Shown here in pieces: positions 8,456-17,929 of a stretch of 64,000 nucleotides of DNA. Each line of letters opens with the position of its first letter. Within the stretch, counting starts at the first letter, position 1. Position numbers and translations under genes: made by a program. Origin of the DNA: Bdellovibrionales bacterium (lineage in GTDB: Bacteria; Bdellovibrionota; Bdellovibrionia; Bdellovibrionales; UBA1609); the NCBI GenBank assembly GCA_965199825.1, contig OZ241329.1, positions 2,710,539 through 2,774,538 of the forward strand, given 5' to 3'. The notes under the pieces were generated by a model. The model made no database searches. It was not told the DNA's origin and was given only the letters and a program-made list of their open reading frames with translations.

Positions 8456-9511
8456 ATGATGATTCTTTTTTTATTTTTTGCGCTGACCGCTCTGGCTGAT
8501 ACCTCATGTGAACCCGAAGTGAGGGCTCAATGTTTAAGTAAACCTTTTGAATGTCTTAATAATACGTCGCTGCCCCAAAACTGCCGCGACGAGCTTAAAC
8601 GTCTTTTACTTATTAAAAAGCAAAGCATGGAGCGTGGTGGAGGTGCCCTCACGTCGTTTGGCGGATTCAATGCGATCGGACCACAAATTCCAATGGCAGG
8701 TTATGACGGATACTTTGCAAATCGGATTGAAAATCGACTTTCGGTTTCACCACGACTGTATCAATCCGAAACCGATTCCCTAGGGCTGACCTTCTCTGTG
8801 GCCCAAACCCATTTTTATCAACCCTTAAAGCTCGACGATGGAGAAAATATTTCGAGCACATGGTCAAGATTCGAAATCAGCTCACAATATTCTTACAAAA
8901 CTTTAAATAAAAAAAGTTGGTCTTTTAAAGGCGCGCTCGGCTATGCAGGGGATTCTCCATCGACGATGCCAAAAGATCTCAGCTTTAGTTTTATGATGAG
9001 TTATGGTTTTGAAGGTTCAGGTACTGATTATTGGGTTCTTTTGGTGATGGTCGCAAACAACAGTCAATTTGCCAATTTTGTTCCCTTACCTGGATTTATA
9101 TATATCCATCGCACAAAAACTTTAACCGGCCTTTTTGGATTTCCTATTCTGTCGCTTCAGTGGACCCCTTCCGCTCAAAGTTCATATTCGTTATCGCTTT
9201 TTGGGCTCAACGCTCAAGCCGAATATGCATATGGAGATGACGTTCGCTACTTTATAAACTACTCCTATTTAATTCAAAGTTATATTCCGGCAAACCGAGC
9301 TGAAGATCGCGATCGCTTTAATATTCATGAACAAAAATTTGGTCCAGGGATTCGTTTGCCCGTTAATAAAACCAATCGATTCGAAGCCCAAACTGGATAC
9401 AGTTTTGACCGAGAGAATTTTATGAGCACTTCGGTTTTTAAACGCGATGGTGGCTCCACCCATCTTGATCCAGGATGGTTTGTGGCCCTGAGCCTCAAAA
9501 GTTTGTTCTAG
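8456..9511 (+). CDS. Hypothetical outer-membrane beta-barrel-like protein
   Basis: An internal ATG at 8456 gives the signal peptide MMILFLFFALTALA. The sequence has an alternating beta-strand pattern and a C-terminal ...SLKSLF aromatic end. The ORF-track start at 8309 is probably too far upstream. Confidence 0.55.
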   Translation: MMILFLFFALTALADTSCEPEVRAQCLSKPFECLNNTSLPQNCRDELKRLLLIKKQSMERGGGALTSFGGFNAIGPQIPMAGYDGYFANRIENRLSVSPRLYQSETDSLGLTFSVAQTHFYQPLKLDDGENISSTWSRFEISSQYSYKTLNKKSWSFKGALGYAGDSPSTMPKDLSFSFMMSYGFEGSGTDYWVLLVMVANNSQFANFVPLPGFIYIHRTKTLTGLFGFPILSLQWTPSAQSSYSLSLFGLNAQAEYAYGDDVRYFINYSYLIQSYIPANRAEDRDRFNIHEQKFGPGIRLPVNKTNRFEAQTGYSFDRENFMSTSVFKRDGGSTHLDPGWFVALSLKSLF

Positions 9512-9595
9512 TCAGGCGCAAGAGCTTTGTGTTCGAGCTTTTGAGCTTTAAAAACACTAAAGATCATTGAACAGTCAGCCCGATCTAGTTTTTAA

Positions 9596-9624
9596 TTGCC
9601 ACAGCCCTCTGCTTTTTCTATAAA
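9596..9624 (+). promoter_or_regulatory. Sigma-70-type promoter for tRNA-His
   Basis: TTGCCA, a 17-nt spacer, then TATAAA. The -10 element ends about 20 nt before the tRNA 5' end. Confidence 0.5.
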
Positions 9625-9643
9625 TAGCGCTTCCTTTCACTGT

Positions 9644-9720
9644 GGTGGCCATAGCTCAGTTGGTAGAGCACCGGATTGTGATTCCGGTTGTCGCGGGTTC
9701 AAGCCCCGTTGGCCACCCCA
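9644..9720 (+). tRNA. tRNA-His: tRNA-His (anticodon GTG), with encoded G-1 and encoded CCA
   Basis: Cloverleaf read by eye: acceptor GTGGCCA/TGGCCAC, D-arm AGCTCAGTTGGTAGAGC, anticodon stem-loop CCGGATTGTGATTCCGG, T-arm GCGGGTTCAAGCCCCG. An extra 5' G pairs with discriminator C, as expected for tRNA-His. Confidence 0.9.
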
Positions 9721-9764
9721 AATACGCCTTGCAGTTGAAGTCAATTTCGTACTCAATTTAAAAT

Positions 9765-10277
9765 ATGACAAATTTGATTTTCGTTTTAATGATGAGCGCG
9801 CAAGCACTGATTTTGAACCCTCTTGGCCAACTTAAAAGCACTGCATGGGTTGGCCAATTTAATACTCATGGTCTTACAAATGACATAGCCCTCGTTTTTC
9901 TTGATGAGTTCAACGCCAATCATCGCCTTCAATATTTTCATATTCTCGGAAAAACCGGTTTGAGCGAAATCTTAGGCCATGTTGACGAGTCTTGCGCACT
10001 GACGCCACGAACATTGAGTCTGTCGCCAATGTCATACACTGGAGAGATACACGTTTTTAAATGTGAAGACGAACTGGACGACGCCCAAAAGCCCCGATTT
10101 GAAATACCGGTGAACTATTTTTCTCTACAGCAAAATCATTTGGAACTTATGGCAAAAATTTTGGGAGAAAATATTTATTATTCTCTTCACAGACGCGCGA
10201 TCTCAGATGCCGACCTGAGATCTCCGCGATCGATTCACTCTTATCTAGAGCAAATTTTTAATAAGGAACCGTACTGA
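9765..10277 (+). CDS. Hypothetical exported protein
   Basis: ORF with a hydrophobic N-terminus (MTNLIFVLMMSAQA). No recognisable motif. Confidence 0.5.
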   Translation: MTNLIFVLMMSAQALILNPLGQLKSTAWVGQFNTHGLTNDIALVFLDEFNANHRLQYFHILGKTGLSEILGHVDESCALTPRTLSLSPMSYTGEIHVFKCEDELDDAQKPRFEIPVNYFSLQQNHLELMAKILGENIYYSLHRRAISDADLRSPRSIHSYLEQIFNKEPY

Positions 10278-10692
10278 TCGTATTTGAGGGACTGCCAGAA
10301 AGAAATTTGGTACTGACCGCGACGTAAATCAAAACATGCCTTTTGGTATCGACAAATCTTAAAACTTTTAATTTTTTAAATAACAAACTTTGCGAATGGC
10401 GAAATACCTCTTCTGGTTCCTCTGGCAAAGTTTGTGTCATGCTCACATGTCCAATGGCCGAGCAAGAAATCCCCATACGAGCAGGATCCTCTGCCACACC
10501 CATTGCACCTTTGACTCCACCCGATTGGGCATGACTCAAGTAGCAAGCAACACCGCTCACTTTTGGGTCTTCAAAGGCTTCAATCGAAACTCGATCGTTT
10601 CGCCCGATCATCCGAAAGTTTGTACTTACCGAACCAATCTGATCACTTGCAAAAGTATAAAACGGAAAAGCCAGAACCAATAATCGAATCAT
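10258..10692 (-). CDS. creA: CreA family protein
   Basis: EAFEDPKVSGVACYLSHAQSGGVKGAMGVAEDPARMGISC matches the conserved CreA core. The ATG at 10692 (MIRLLVLAF...) is preceded by AGGAG. Confidence 0.7.
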   Translation of the reverse strand: MIRLLVLAFPFYTFASDQIGSVSTNFRMIGRNDRVSIEAFEDPKVSGVACYLSHAQSGGVKGAMGVAEDPARMGISCSAIGHVSMTQTLPEEPEEVFRHSQSLLFKKLKVLRFVDTKRHVLIYVAVSTKFLSGSPSNTISTVPY

Positions 10693-10728
10693 TTTTATCT
10701 CCTGTTTTTTGTGGGGCATTGATTCAAG

Positions 10729-12630
10729 TTGTTCTATACACAAGTTATGAGCATTCTTCTTTATCTGATTTTGTGTTTTGAAAATTTACGAGCCGAAACC
10801 CTTATCCTTCCAGAAATCACAGTGGAGGCTCAAAAAACCGCAACGCCACCAGATTCTACTCAACGTGTTTCGGGTGCACGCCTTCAGCGTAAAAAACAAA
10901 ATAATATCGGCGAAAGCCTAAAATCCGAGTCTGGGGTTTCGGCCTCTGAATTTGGGCCCAGTGCAAGCCGCCCAATTTTACGCGGACTTGAGGGTGATCG
11001 GGCCCGAATTTTACAAAATGGTTCGGGCGTTTTAGATGCCTCCACCTTGAGCCAAGATCACGCGGTCGCAATTGATCCATTAGTTGTTGATCAAGTTGAG
11101 ATTGTAAGAGGACCAAAGGCATTACTCTACGGAAATCAGGTGATTGGTGGTGTCATCAATCTAAAAACAAATCAGATCCCGGAACATTTAAATAATGAAT
11201 CAGAAATCGAAGCCTCGGGCTCAACCACCGACTTCAGCAGAACTTTATCATTGAGCACCGATCGTCAAATCCAGGATCACTTGGAAATTCATCTGGATGC
11301 CACAGGTCGGGCATTTGAGAATTATCATGCTGCAGGCACAGAAATCGAAAATAGCGCAAACAGGACGGCCTCACAGACTGCAGGAGGCTCCTATGTGAAC
11401 GACAAAGGATTTTTTGGGATTTCGTTTTCGAATTACAATTCGCTTTATGGAACCGTGGTTGATCCAAATGGATTGATCACACTCTTGCAACAACATGTGG
11501 ACTTTGCTTCGAGTCACAAACTCGACGGATTATTTGATCTCCTATCGATTAAAAATTCTTTTTCACATTACACTCACGACGAGAGAGATCTCAATGTCAC
11601 CGCCTCACGCTTTAACAACGACGGCGATGATTTGCGTCTTGAAACTCACCACCAGGCAATAATGAATTTTGGTGGAACTCTCGGGGCTGAGGTTGCAATC
11701 TCCCGATTTGCTGTTGTTGGCGAAGACAAACTGATTCCAGAATCTCGCACCTCAAAATATTCAATTTTTTTATTTGAAGAATCTGAAGCTAAAATATTTA
11801 AGCCTTCGTTTGCTCTTCGTTTTGAGCAGGATCAAATTCAAACCAATGACGATGCTGCTTTCGGGCTTGGTCAAAAGAAATCATTTGGCAGTAGCAATGT
11901 AGCGGTTGGATTTTTATATCAACTTAATTCACAAAACAGTTTCAAAACAAATATTGGTTACACCGAACGAGCCCCTACATACGATGAGCTTTTTGCTCAA
12001 GGCCCCCACGATGCCACTAAACAATTTGAAATTGGTGATCAAAATTTAGATCTTGAAAAAGCGCGGTCGCTCGAACTGGTGTGGCTGTTTGAAAATGACG
12101 TTTATCGATTTCAAACATCGGTTTATGTCCAAGATTTTTTTGGTTTTGTGTCGCTCGCTCCAACAGGACAAATCGATTCGGCCTCGCAATTGCCGAAATA
12201 TCAATTTAACCCAGTGGCCGCGCGTTTTTATGGAGGTGAATTTCAGGCTCGCCAAAAAATCAGCCCAGTTTATTCTCTCGAGTTAAAATTGGATTCGGTC
12301 ACAGCCTTTGATCGTTCGACTTCAAACAGTCTTCCTCGAATTCCGCCAATGAGAGAGATGTTAGCTTTGCTTTATAATGGAGATCGGTATCAGGCCGATT
12401 TAGAAATCGTAAATGTTCATCCACAAAATCAAAATGCGCCGAATGAGTCGACAACAGGAGGTTATGCTCTCCTCAATGCCGGACTCAATTTGCCAAATAA
12501 AAAATTTGAGGTCTTTGTCAGACTTAATAATATTCTTGATACACTTGCTCATAACCACACCTCAGTCATTAAAGATGTGGCACCTCTCCCAGGCCGAAAT
12601 TTTAGCGCCGGGTTGAGAATGGATTTTTGA
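10729..12630 (+). CDS. TonB-dependent outer-membrane receptor
   Basis: Plug-domain motifs (ILRGLEGDRARILQNG, VEIVRGPKALLYG) and the C-terminal barrel terminus ...NFSAGLRMDF. The start could instead be the ATG at 10747. Confidence 0.85.
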   Translation: MFYTQVMSILLYLILCFENLRAETLILPEITVEAQKTATPPDSTQRVSGARLQRKKQNNIGESLKSESGVSASEFGPSASRPILRGLEGDRARILQNGSGVLDASTLSQDHAVAIDPLVVDQVEIVRGPKALLYGNQVIGGVINLKTNQIPEHLNNESEIEASGSTTDFSRTLSLSTDRQIQDHLEIHLDATGRAFENYHAAGTEIENSANRTASQTAGGSYVNDKGFFGISFSNYNSLYGTVVDPNGLITLLQQHVDFASSHKLDGLFDLLSIKNSFSHYTHDERDLNVTASRFNNDGDDLRLETHHQAIMNFGGTLGAEVAISRFAVVGEDKLIPESRTSKYSIFLFEESEAKIFKPSFALRFEQDQIQTNDDAAFGLGQKKSFGSSNVAVGFLYQLNSQNSFKTNIGYTERAPTYDELFAQGPHDATKQFEIGDQNLDLEKARSLELVWLFENDVYRFQTSVYVQDFFGFVSLAPTGQIDSASQLPKYQFNPVAARFYGGEFQARQKISPVYSLELKLDSVTAFDRSTSNSLPRIPPMREMLALLYNGDRYQADLEIVNVHPQNQNAPNESTTGGYALLNAGLNLPNKKFEVFVRLNNILDTLAHNHTSVIKDVAPLPGRNFSAGLRMDF

Positions 12631-13234
12631 ACCAAGTTTTTTTGGTCAATCGGTCGGTACACATCACATCATGGATCGCCATGGAGGCCTCAAGCGCTCG
12701 CGCATCTTCTTCAAGAAAGGAAACTTTTAAGCCGGATTTGATGGCGATCGTCATAATTTTATTAAATTCGGTTTCAAATTTTGCAAATTGCGATCGGCTG
12801 GCTTCGAACTCAGTTTTATTTTGATCAGTAGAGGTCAAATATTCAGTATTGATTTGGCGGAGTAAACTTAAGGAATTTACGGTTCCACTTTCTGCAATCA
12901 ATCTTAAGAAATAAAGCAAATGATCGGCTTTATTTTCCTTCAAGGCTCTTGCAACCACCCAAATATTAAAATTTTTCGCTATCAAATTAAACTCTTCGGT
13001 GCGCACACAAATGATCGCGATTTCGGCGGTTAGGGGATTGATATGCATGGTTTTCAGTTGATCAACAGTGGTCATAAATGTGTCGATATCAAAGGTCAGT
13101 CTATGGGGCGAAACCACAAGCGCACCTGCACTAGGAACCTGGGCAAAATCGATCCCCTCAATCTCAACTTTTGGATCGCTGGCCAATGCCACTTGAGTAA
13201 AAACACAACAGATTAAAGCTATAAGTTTTTTCAT
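12602..13234 (-). CDS. Hypothetical exported protein
   Basis: Signal peptide MKKLIALICCVFTQVALA. No recognisable motif. Confidence 0.5.
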   Translation of the reverse strand: MKKLIALICCVFTQVALASDPKVEIEGIDFAQVPSAGALVVSPHRLTFDIDTFMTTVDQLKTMHINPLTAEIAIICVRTEEFNLIAKNFNIWVVARALKENKADHLLYFLRLIAESGTVNSLSLLRQINTEYLTSTDQNKTEFEASRSQFAKFETEFNKIMTIAIKSGLKVSFLEEDARALEASMAIHDVMCTDRLTKKTWFKNPFSTRR

Positions 13235-13377
13235 AATTCATAAAATACCTCATTTTGCGTCAAAGAGAAATAGGCGTGAAATTCTATACACTTCCGTCAA
13301 AAAGGTAATCACTTGCGCAACCTCCAAAAAACGCTCTCCGGCTTGGCTTTCAAAGAATTGTAAACTATAGATTTGAT

Positions 13378-14619
13378 ATGGCTTTACCGTCTTGGGACAT
13401 TCTGCAACAAAAGCTAGGCATCCTTGCCGATGCCGCAAAATATGATGCCTCCTGCTCGAGTAGCGGTTCTAAAAGAAAGCGCGAAGAAGGCGGAATGGGC
13501 AACGTTGAGGGTATGGGTATTTGCCATAGTTATGCCCCTGATGGACGCTGCATCAGTTTGCTCAAAATTCTTATGACAAATTTTTGCATTTACGACTGCA
13601 AGTTTTGTATCAATAGAGTTTCAAGTGATGTCAAACGCGCAAGATTCAAACCCCAAGAAGTGGTTGAGCTCACCCTCGAATTTTATCGCCGTAATTATAT
13701 TGAAGGCTTATTTTTAAGCTCCGGAATTATTGAATCTTCAGATTCAACAATGGAGCAGTTGATTGAGGTTGCAAGATCATTACGCCAAACTCACCGCTTT
13801 CAAGGCTACATTCATTTAAAAGTTGTGGCAGGCTCATCCAAAGAATTAATCGAGGAAGCGGGTTTGTGGGCCGATCGAATAAGCGCCAACATTGAAATGC
13901 CTCAACAAAAAGATTTGGATGTCTTGGCACCTGCTAAAACAATTGAGCAAGCAACAACTTCGATGAAGCAGATTTCAAATAAAATTGACGAAACAAAAGA
14001 AGATAAACAAAAACGGATTAAACACACACCAAATTTTGCGCCCGCGGGACAAACCACCCAAATGGTCATTGGAGCAACTCCCAGCCCCGACCGTTTGATT
14101 TTGTCTTCGAGCGAAAATCTGTACAGCAATTTCGGTATTCGACGTGTTTATTACTCGGCCTACAGTCCAATCCCCCATGCCGATTCATATCTTCCACAAG
14201 GTCAGCCTCAGCTCATCCGCGAGAACCGTTTATACCAAGCCGATTGGCTCATGCGATATTATAAATTTAAGGCCCACGAACTGACCGATGATGCCTCACC
14301 CGATCTTGCTCTCGATATTGATCCTAAGGCGGCTTGGGCACTTAAAAATCGCCATTATTTTCCAGTGGACGTCAACAAAGCCCCGCGCGCCCAACTTCTT
14401 CGCATTCCTGGTATCGGGGTAAAAAATGTGGACCGAATTATTGAGATGCGGCCCTACCGTTTGATCACCCTTGCTGATTTGGCAAAACTCAGAGTGTCGA
14501 TTAAAAAAACAAAATATTTCGTTAAAACCTCCGATCACAATCCCGATTTGTATTTGCTTGATTCTTTGTCACTTGAATCTCGTCTCAAACCACCCGCCCA
14601 ACAGCTCTCGCTTTTTTGA
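13378..14619 (+). CDS. Putative DNA modification/repair radical SAM protein (TIGR03916-type)
   Basis: N-terminal AAKYDASCSSSG, a radical-SAM cluster region (NFCIYDCKFC) and a C-terminal helix-hairpin-helix (LLRIPGIGVKNVDRI). It is paired with the TIGR03915-like gene immediately downstream. Confidence 0.8.
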   Translation: MALPSWDILQQKLGILADAAKYDASCSSSGSKRKREEGGMGNVEGMGICHSYAPDGRCISLLKILMTNFCIYDCKFCINRVSSDVKRARFKPQEVVELTLEFYRRNYIEGLFLSSGIIESSDSTMEQLIEVARSLRQTHRFQGYIHLKVVAGSSKELIEEAGLWADRISANIEMPQQKDLDVLAPAKTIEQATTSMKQISNKIDETKEDKQKRIKHTPNFAPAGQTTQMVIGATPSPDRLILSSSENLYSNFGIRRVYYSAYSPIPHADSYLPQGQPQLIRENRLYQADWLMRYYKFKAHELTDDASPDLALDIDPKAAWALKNRHYFPVDVNKAPRAQLLRIPGIGVKNVDRIIEMRPYRLITLADLAKLRVSIKKTKYFVKTSDHNPDLYLLDSLSLESRLKPPAQQLSLF

Positions 14620-14622
14620 TTA

Positions 14623-15981
14623 ATGACAACGATCGGTTTATTTAAAAAATGGCGAGATCAAGCGCGAGATCTTTTAAAACAAGGAATTGCCCCCGAAGGC
14701 GCACAATTTGATTTAAACCAGATTGGTTTATTTAAAAGTTCGCCAAAGGCAGTTGGCATTGATAAGCCAATTGTTCCTCCCGAATTTTTGAAGGCTGCAG
14801 AACTCGTGGCGCACTCTCAAGATGAGGATCGATATGAGCTGCTCTATCGAGTTCTTTTTCGTTTGCAGCATGAAAATCCCCAGCTCATGAAAATTCTGGT
14901 GGACAATGATGTCAGCCGATTACTGACGCTTGCCAAAAATGTGAGTCATGACATTCACAAGATGCATGCCTTCGTGAGGTTTAAACAAGTCGACATTGAG
15001 GGGGTGACCACTTACCAAGCCTGGCATCAACCCCGGCATTACATTTTAGAACTTGCCGCACCTTTTTTTGTGCGTCGATTTGGGGATCGTCCTTGGTCGA
15101 TCTTTACACCTGACGATTCAGCCCATTGGGATCTTGAGACCCTCACCTTTTGTAAAGGCATGACCCAAGAAGAATTTAAAGCCACCGATCCCTTTGATGA
15201 AGTGTGGAAAACTTATTACCGCTCGATCTACAATCCGGCCCGCCTCAAGATCAAAGCGATGCGCAGAGAAATGTCTCCGGAATATTGGAAGAGCTTGCCC
15301 GAAAGTAGCATTATCGGCGAACTCATTCGAACAACTCCAAAGGTATTACAAAATATGGCTTCTAAACCAAATTACTTAAGTCACCCTACCCCCAACCAAG
15401 ATTGGCAAAGCCTCAAAAATGAAGCCCTCAACTGTAGAGCTTGTCCACTCGGTGAACCCGCAACCCAAACTGTGTTTGGTGAGGGATCGCTCAATGCCCA
15501 AATCATGATCGTTGGTGAGCAACCCGGCGACCAGGAGGATCTAAAGGGACAAGCCTTTATCGGACCTGCTGGAAAAATTTTGGATGAAGCCCTGTTTCAT
15601 GCTGGACTTGATCGAAAAGAAATTTATGTCACGAATGCAGTTAAACATTTTAAGTTTGTTCATCAGGGAAAACTACGTTTGCATAAAAAACCAAACGGAT
15701 CAGAAATGCATGCCTGTAAGCCGTGGCTCGAAGAAGAAATAAAATTGATCAAGCCAAAGGTGATCTTAAGTCTAGGTGCTACCGCTGCAACAGCAGTTTA
15801 TGGGCGGTTAGTAAAAATTCAGGCCGAACGCGGTCAGCCCCTACAGCGTGGGACCTCAATGCTCCTGACTTCATGGCATCCTGCGGCCATCCTCAGATCC
15901 ACCTCACCCGAAGAACACCAAGAGCGATTAAAAGAACTCATCGAAGACTTGAAGTTAGCAGCCGAATTAAGTCAAAATTAA
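14623..15981 (+). CDS. TIGR03915-like DNA-metabolism domain fused to a family-4 uracil-DNA glycosylase-like domain
   Basis: The C-terminal half has UDG family-4 hallmarks (CRACPL...GEGSLNAQIMIVGEQPG..ED..G.AF.GPAG; HP at TSWHPAAILR). The gene starts 4 nt after the radical SAM gene. Confidence 0.8.
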   Translation: MTTIGLFKKWRDQARDLLKQGIAPEGAQFDLNQIGLFKSSPKAVGIDKPIVPPEFLKAAELVAHSQDEDRYELLYRVLFRLQHENPQLMKILVDNDVSRLLTLAKNVSHDIHKMHAFVRFKQVDIEGVTTYQAWHQPRHYILELAAPFFVRRFGDRPWSIFTPDDSAHWDLETLTFCKGMTQEEFKATDPFDEVWKTYYRSIYNPARLKIKAMRREMSPEYWKSLPESSIIGELIRTTPKVLQNMASKPNYLSHPTPNQDWQSLKNEALNCRACPLGEPATQTVFGEGSLNAQIMIVGEQPGDQEDLKGQAFIGPAGKILDEALFHAGLDRKEIYVTNAVKHFKFVHQGKLRLHKKPNGSEMHACKPWLEEEIKLIKPKVILSLGATAATAVYGRLVKIQAERGQPLQRGTSMLLTSWHPAAILRSTSPEEHQERLKELIEDLKLAAELSQN

Positions 15982-15986
15982 AGGCT

Positions 15987-16823
15987 ATGATTTTTCAGAT
16001 AATATTTTTGATTTTCTCTACCGTGTTCGCAAATGAAAACACTTCTGATGCTCTCAACTTTCGCATCCTCATCGCCGAGGCCTGTGTTTTATCTTCGGCC
16101 CTCCAACATGGTGATCACCAAATTTTTAAAGAGACAATTCGAAATCAAATTGTTCATTGGGAAAATGAGATCAGCCTGATTCACACTCCCGCATTCAAGA
16201 GCACGATGACACGGGCACTGGATCGGCTTCGAGCCGCGATCGAAAATGATCAGACGGACCTTGATCATGAGGTTTTTAAATTTGTTGAATGTGCGGGTAA
16301 TCTTTTGTGTCAGACCGGTGGGATTAGAAAAAATCTTTTTGATCGCTTTACCGAATTCAGCAAAAAATTTAATGAATTCTCAAACATTCAGCGACAATGC
16401 CAAATTAGCTTTGAGACCAACATTCCACCCGAATATTCAATGTTTGAATCCACCGTAAAGGAGAAGATCACAAGCACAATGAACACCATTTTTGCCAACA
16501 GGCCCAATGATCCTCTTGGTGCTCATTTTATTATCAAGGTCGAAAATCTAAAAAATCTAAAAACACGTATCAAGGCAACTCTGAACATCGATGTCGAAAT
16601 CATTCGCGATCATTTAACCGCCTATGCTTTTCAATTAAGAACGATTCACTATCAACACTTAACCTTTATTCATCTCTCTGACGGTTTGGACACCTTGGCC
16701 AATGCCCTTAAACGACAGGTGCCAATGGCAATCGAATTTTTTGATCGTCAGCCTAAACCAGATATTGTGACCGAACTTGAAGAGTGCCATCGATTACTGA
16801 CTGACGTGATTGTTCAAATTTGA
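15987..16823 (+). CDS. Hypothetical exported protein
   Basis: The ATG at 15987 gives the signal peptide MIFQIIFLIFSTVFA. The ORF-track start at 15723 runs through the previous gene and is rejected. Confidence 0.55.
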   Translation: MIFQIIFLIFSTVFANENTSDALNFRILIAEACVLSSALQHGDHQIFKETIRNQIVHWENEISLIHTPAFKSTMTRALDRLRAAIENDQTDLDHEVFKFVECAGNLLCQTGGIRKNLFDRFTEFSKKFNEFSNIQRQCQISFETNIPPEYSMFESTVKEKITSTMNTIFANRPNDPLGAHFIIKVENLKNLKTRIKATLNIDVEIIRDHLTAYAFQLRTIHYQHLTFIHLSDGLDTLANALKRQVPMAIEFFDRQPKPDIVTELEECHRLLTDVIVQI

Positions 16824-17468
16824 TTTTTGTTGAACCCAATCTCTAAAAGCTTGATTGATATCTTTAATTTCACAATAGCTATGAATGAAGTCTTCGAGAT
16901 TTCTTTGTAAACTAATTCTAAGTAAGTTTTCGAGGTCACATTTCTTAGCCAACATTTCGGCAAGTGCTTGTGAGGCCTTATATTTATAAATAATTTGATC
17001 TCGACTGCCCGTCATCGGATGGCCCAAGTCATGAAAATCTTTGAGCGCCGGTTGTTTCGCCAGCCAAAGGTAATCAACCGTTCCGTCTTTAGCATAAAAA
17101 TTAGCGAGCCCCTCTTCAAACCATTTGGGTATTGAGGCCTTATACTTTTGTGCCACAATCAAATGAACAAGCTCATGACCAAACACCGCATCAAAATTTT
17201 TGCTTGTCACTTGCGGCCCGAGCAAAATCTTTTCGGTTTTGTCTTGATGAAGAGTTACCGCAATCGCCTGATCACCCATGCTTTGAGCTTTCGCAAAATC
17301 TTGCTGCGAACTAAAAAATTCGACGGGGCTGCGATGAATCGACCATTCTAAAAGCTGCGAGATTCGATCGGTCACACTCTCAACGCGAGATTTTTTGAGC
17401 CATTGTGGTGGAGTTTTAATATAAACTTCATTTGTTTTTATGGGCTCGGCAAAAAGACTGGCAACCAA
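16794..17468 (-). CDS. Gluzincin-type metallopeptidase (peptidase MA-like, HExxH...E)
   Basis: FGHELVHLIV followed by WFEEGLANFYA. The start is uncertain: the in-frame upstream sequence reads like a signal peptide but has no ATG/GTG/TTG (see findings). Confidence 0.6.
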   Translation of the reverse strand: MVASLFAEPIKTNEVYIKTPPQWLKKSRVESVTDRISQLLEWSIHRSPVEFFSSQQDFAKAQSMGDQAIAVTLHQDKTEKILLGPQVTSKNFDAVFGHELVHLIVAQKYKASIPKWFEEGLANFYAKDGTVDYLWLAKQPALKDFHDLGHPMTGSRDQIIYKYKASQALAEMLAKKCDLENLLRISLQRNLEDFIHSYCEIKDINQAFRDWVQQKSNLNNHVSQ

Positions 17469-17479
17469 GAGCGCAAAAA

Positions 17480-17929
17480 TCAGAGGCCACCTGCTGAGAC
17501 AATCGCTTTTAATAAAGTGCTTCGAGTGACAAAACCTTGCAGGCGTCCTGCACTGTCGATCACGGCGAGTCGATGAACGGGGTGGCGCAAAAACTTTTTG
17601 TACACATCAATAAATGTCTCAGATTTGGTGGTAAAAATAATATTTTCTTTTTTAACCAAGTGAGGAAGGCACAATGCAATCGGCTTTTCGAGTCCATCCA
17701 TCGCGGTGAGTTTGAGTAAATCCCCTTCACTCACCATCGACACCACGTTGTTCATCTTATCAACAACAGGAGCGCCGCTAATTTTATGGTCCAACAAAAG
17801 TTTTAATGCGTCTGAAACTGTTTGATCGAGTGTCACCGCGTACACTTCGGTGGTCATTATGCGTTCAACATTTATTTGTGAAAGCTTTGATTTTTCATTC
17901 CGAATCGGGCCGCTCACTAAAATCCCCAC
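17480..17929 (-). CDS. CBS-pair domain protein
   Basis: Two CBS repeats (IMTTEVYAVTLDQTVSDALKLLLDHKISGAPVVD; HRLAVIDSAGRLQGFVTRSTLLKAI). GTG start. Confidence 0.75.
   Translation of the reverse strand: MGILVSGPIRNEKSKLSQINVERIMTTEVYAVTLDQTVSDALKLLLDHKISGAPVVDKMNNVVSMVSEGDLLKLTAMDGLEKPIALCLPHLVKKENIIFTTKSETFIDVYKKFLRHPVHRLAVIDSAGRLQGFVTRSTLLKAIVSAGGL

Noticed and set aside
9721-10300. Integration (att) site or genomic islet at the 3' end of tRNA-His
   Set aside because: Only 8-nt matches to the tRNA 3' end (GTTGGCCA at about 9848) occur downstream. There is no integrase gene, and the downstream genes look ordinary.
13235-13377. LexA/SOS box upstream of the radical-SAM/UDG pair
   Set aside because: I could not find a convincing TTAC-N3-GTAA-type or CTGT-N8-ACAG-type palindrome by eye.
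15723-15986. Long N-terminal extension of ORF 15723..16823 overlapping the UDG-fusion gene
   Set aside because: The extension is out of frame with, and fully inside, the well-supported upstream CDS. An internal ATG at 15987 gives a clean signal peptide right after the upstream stop.
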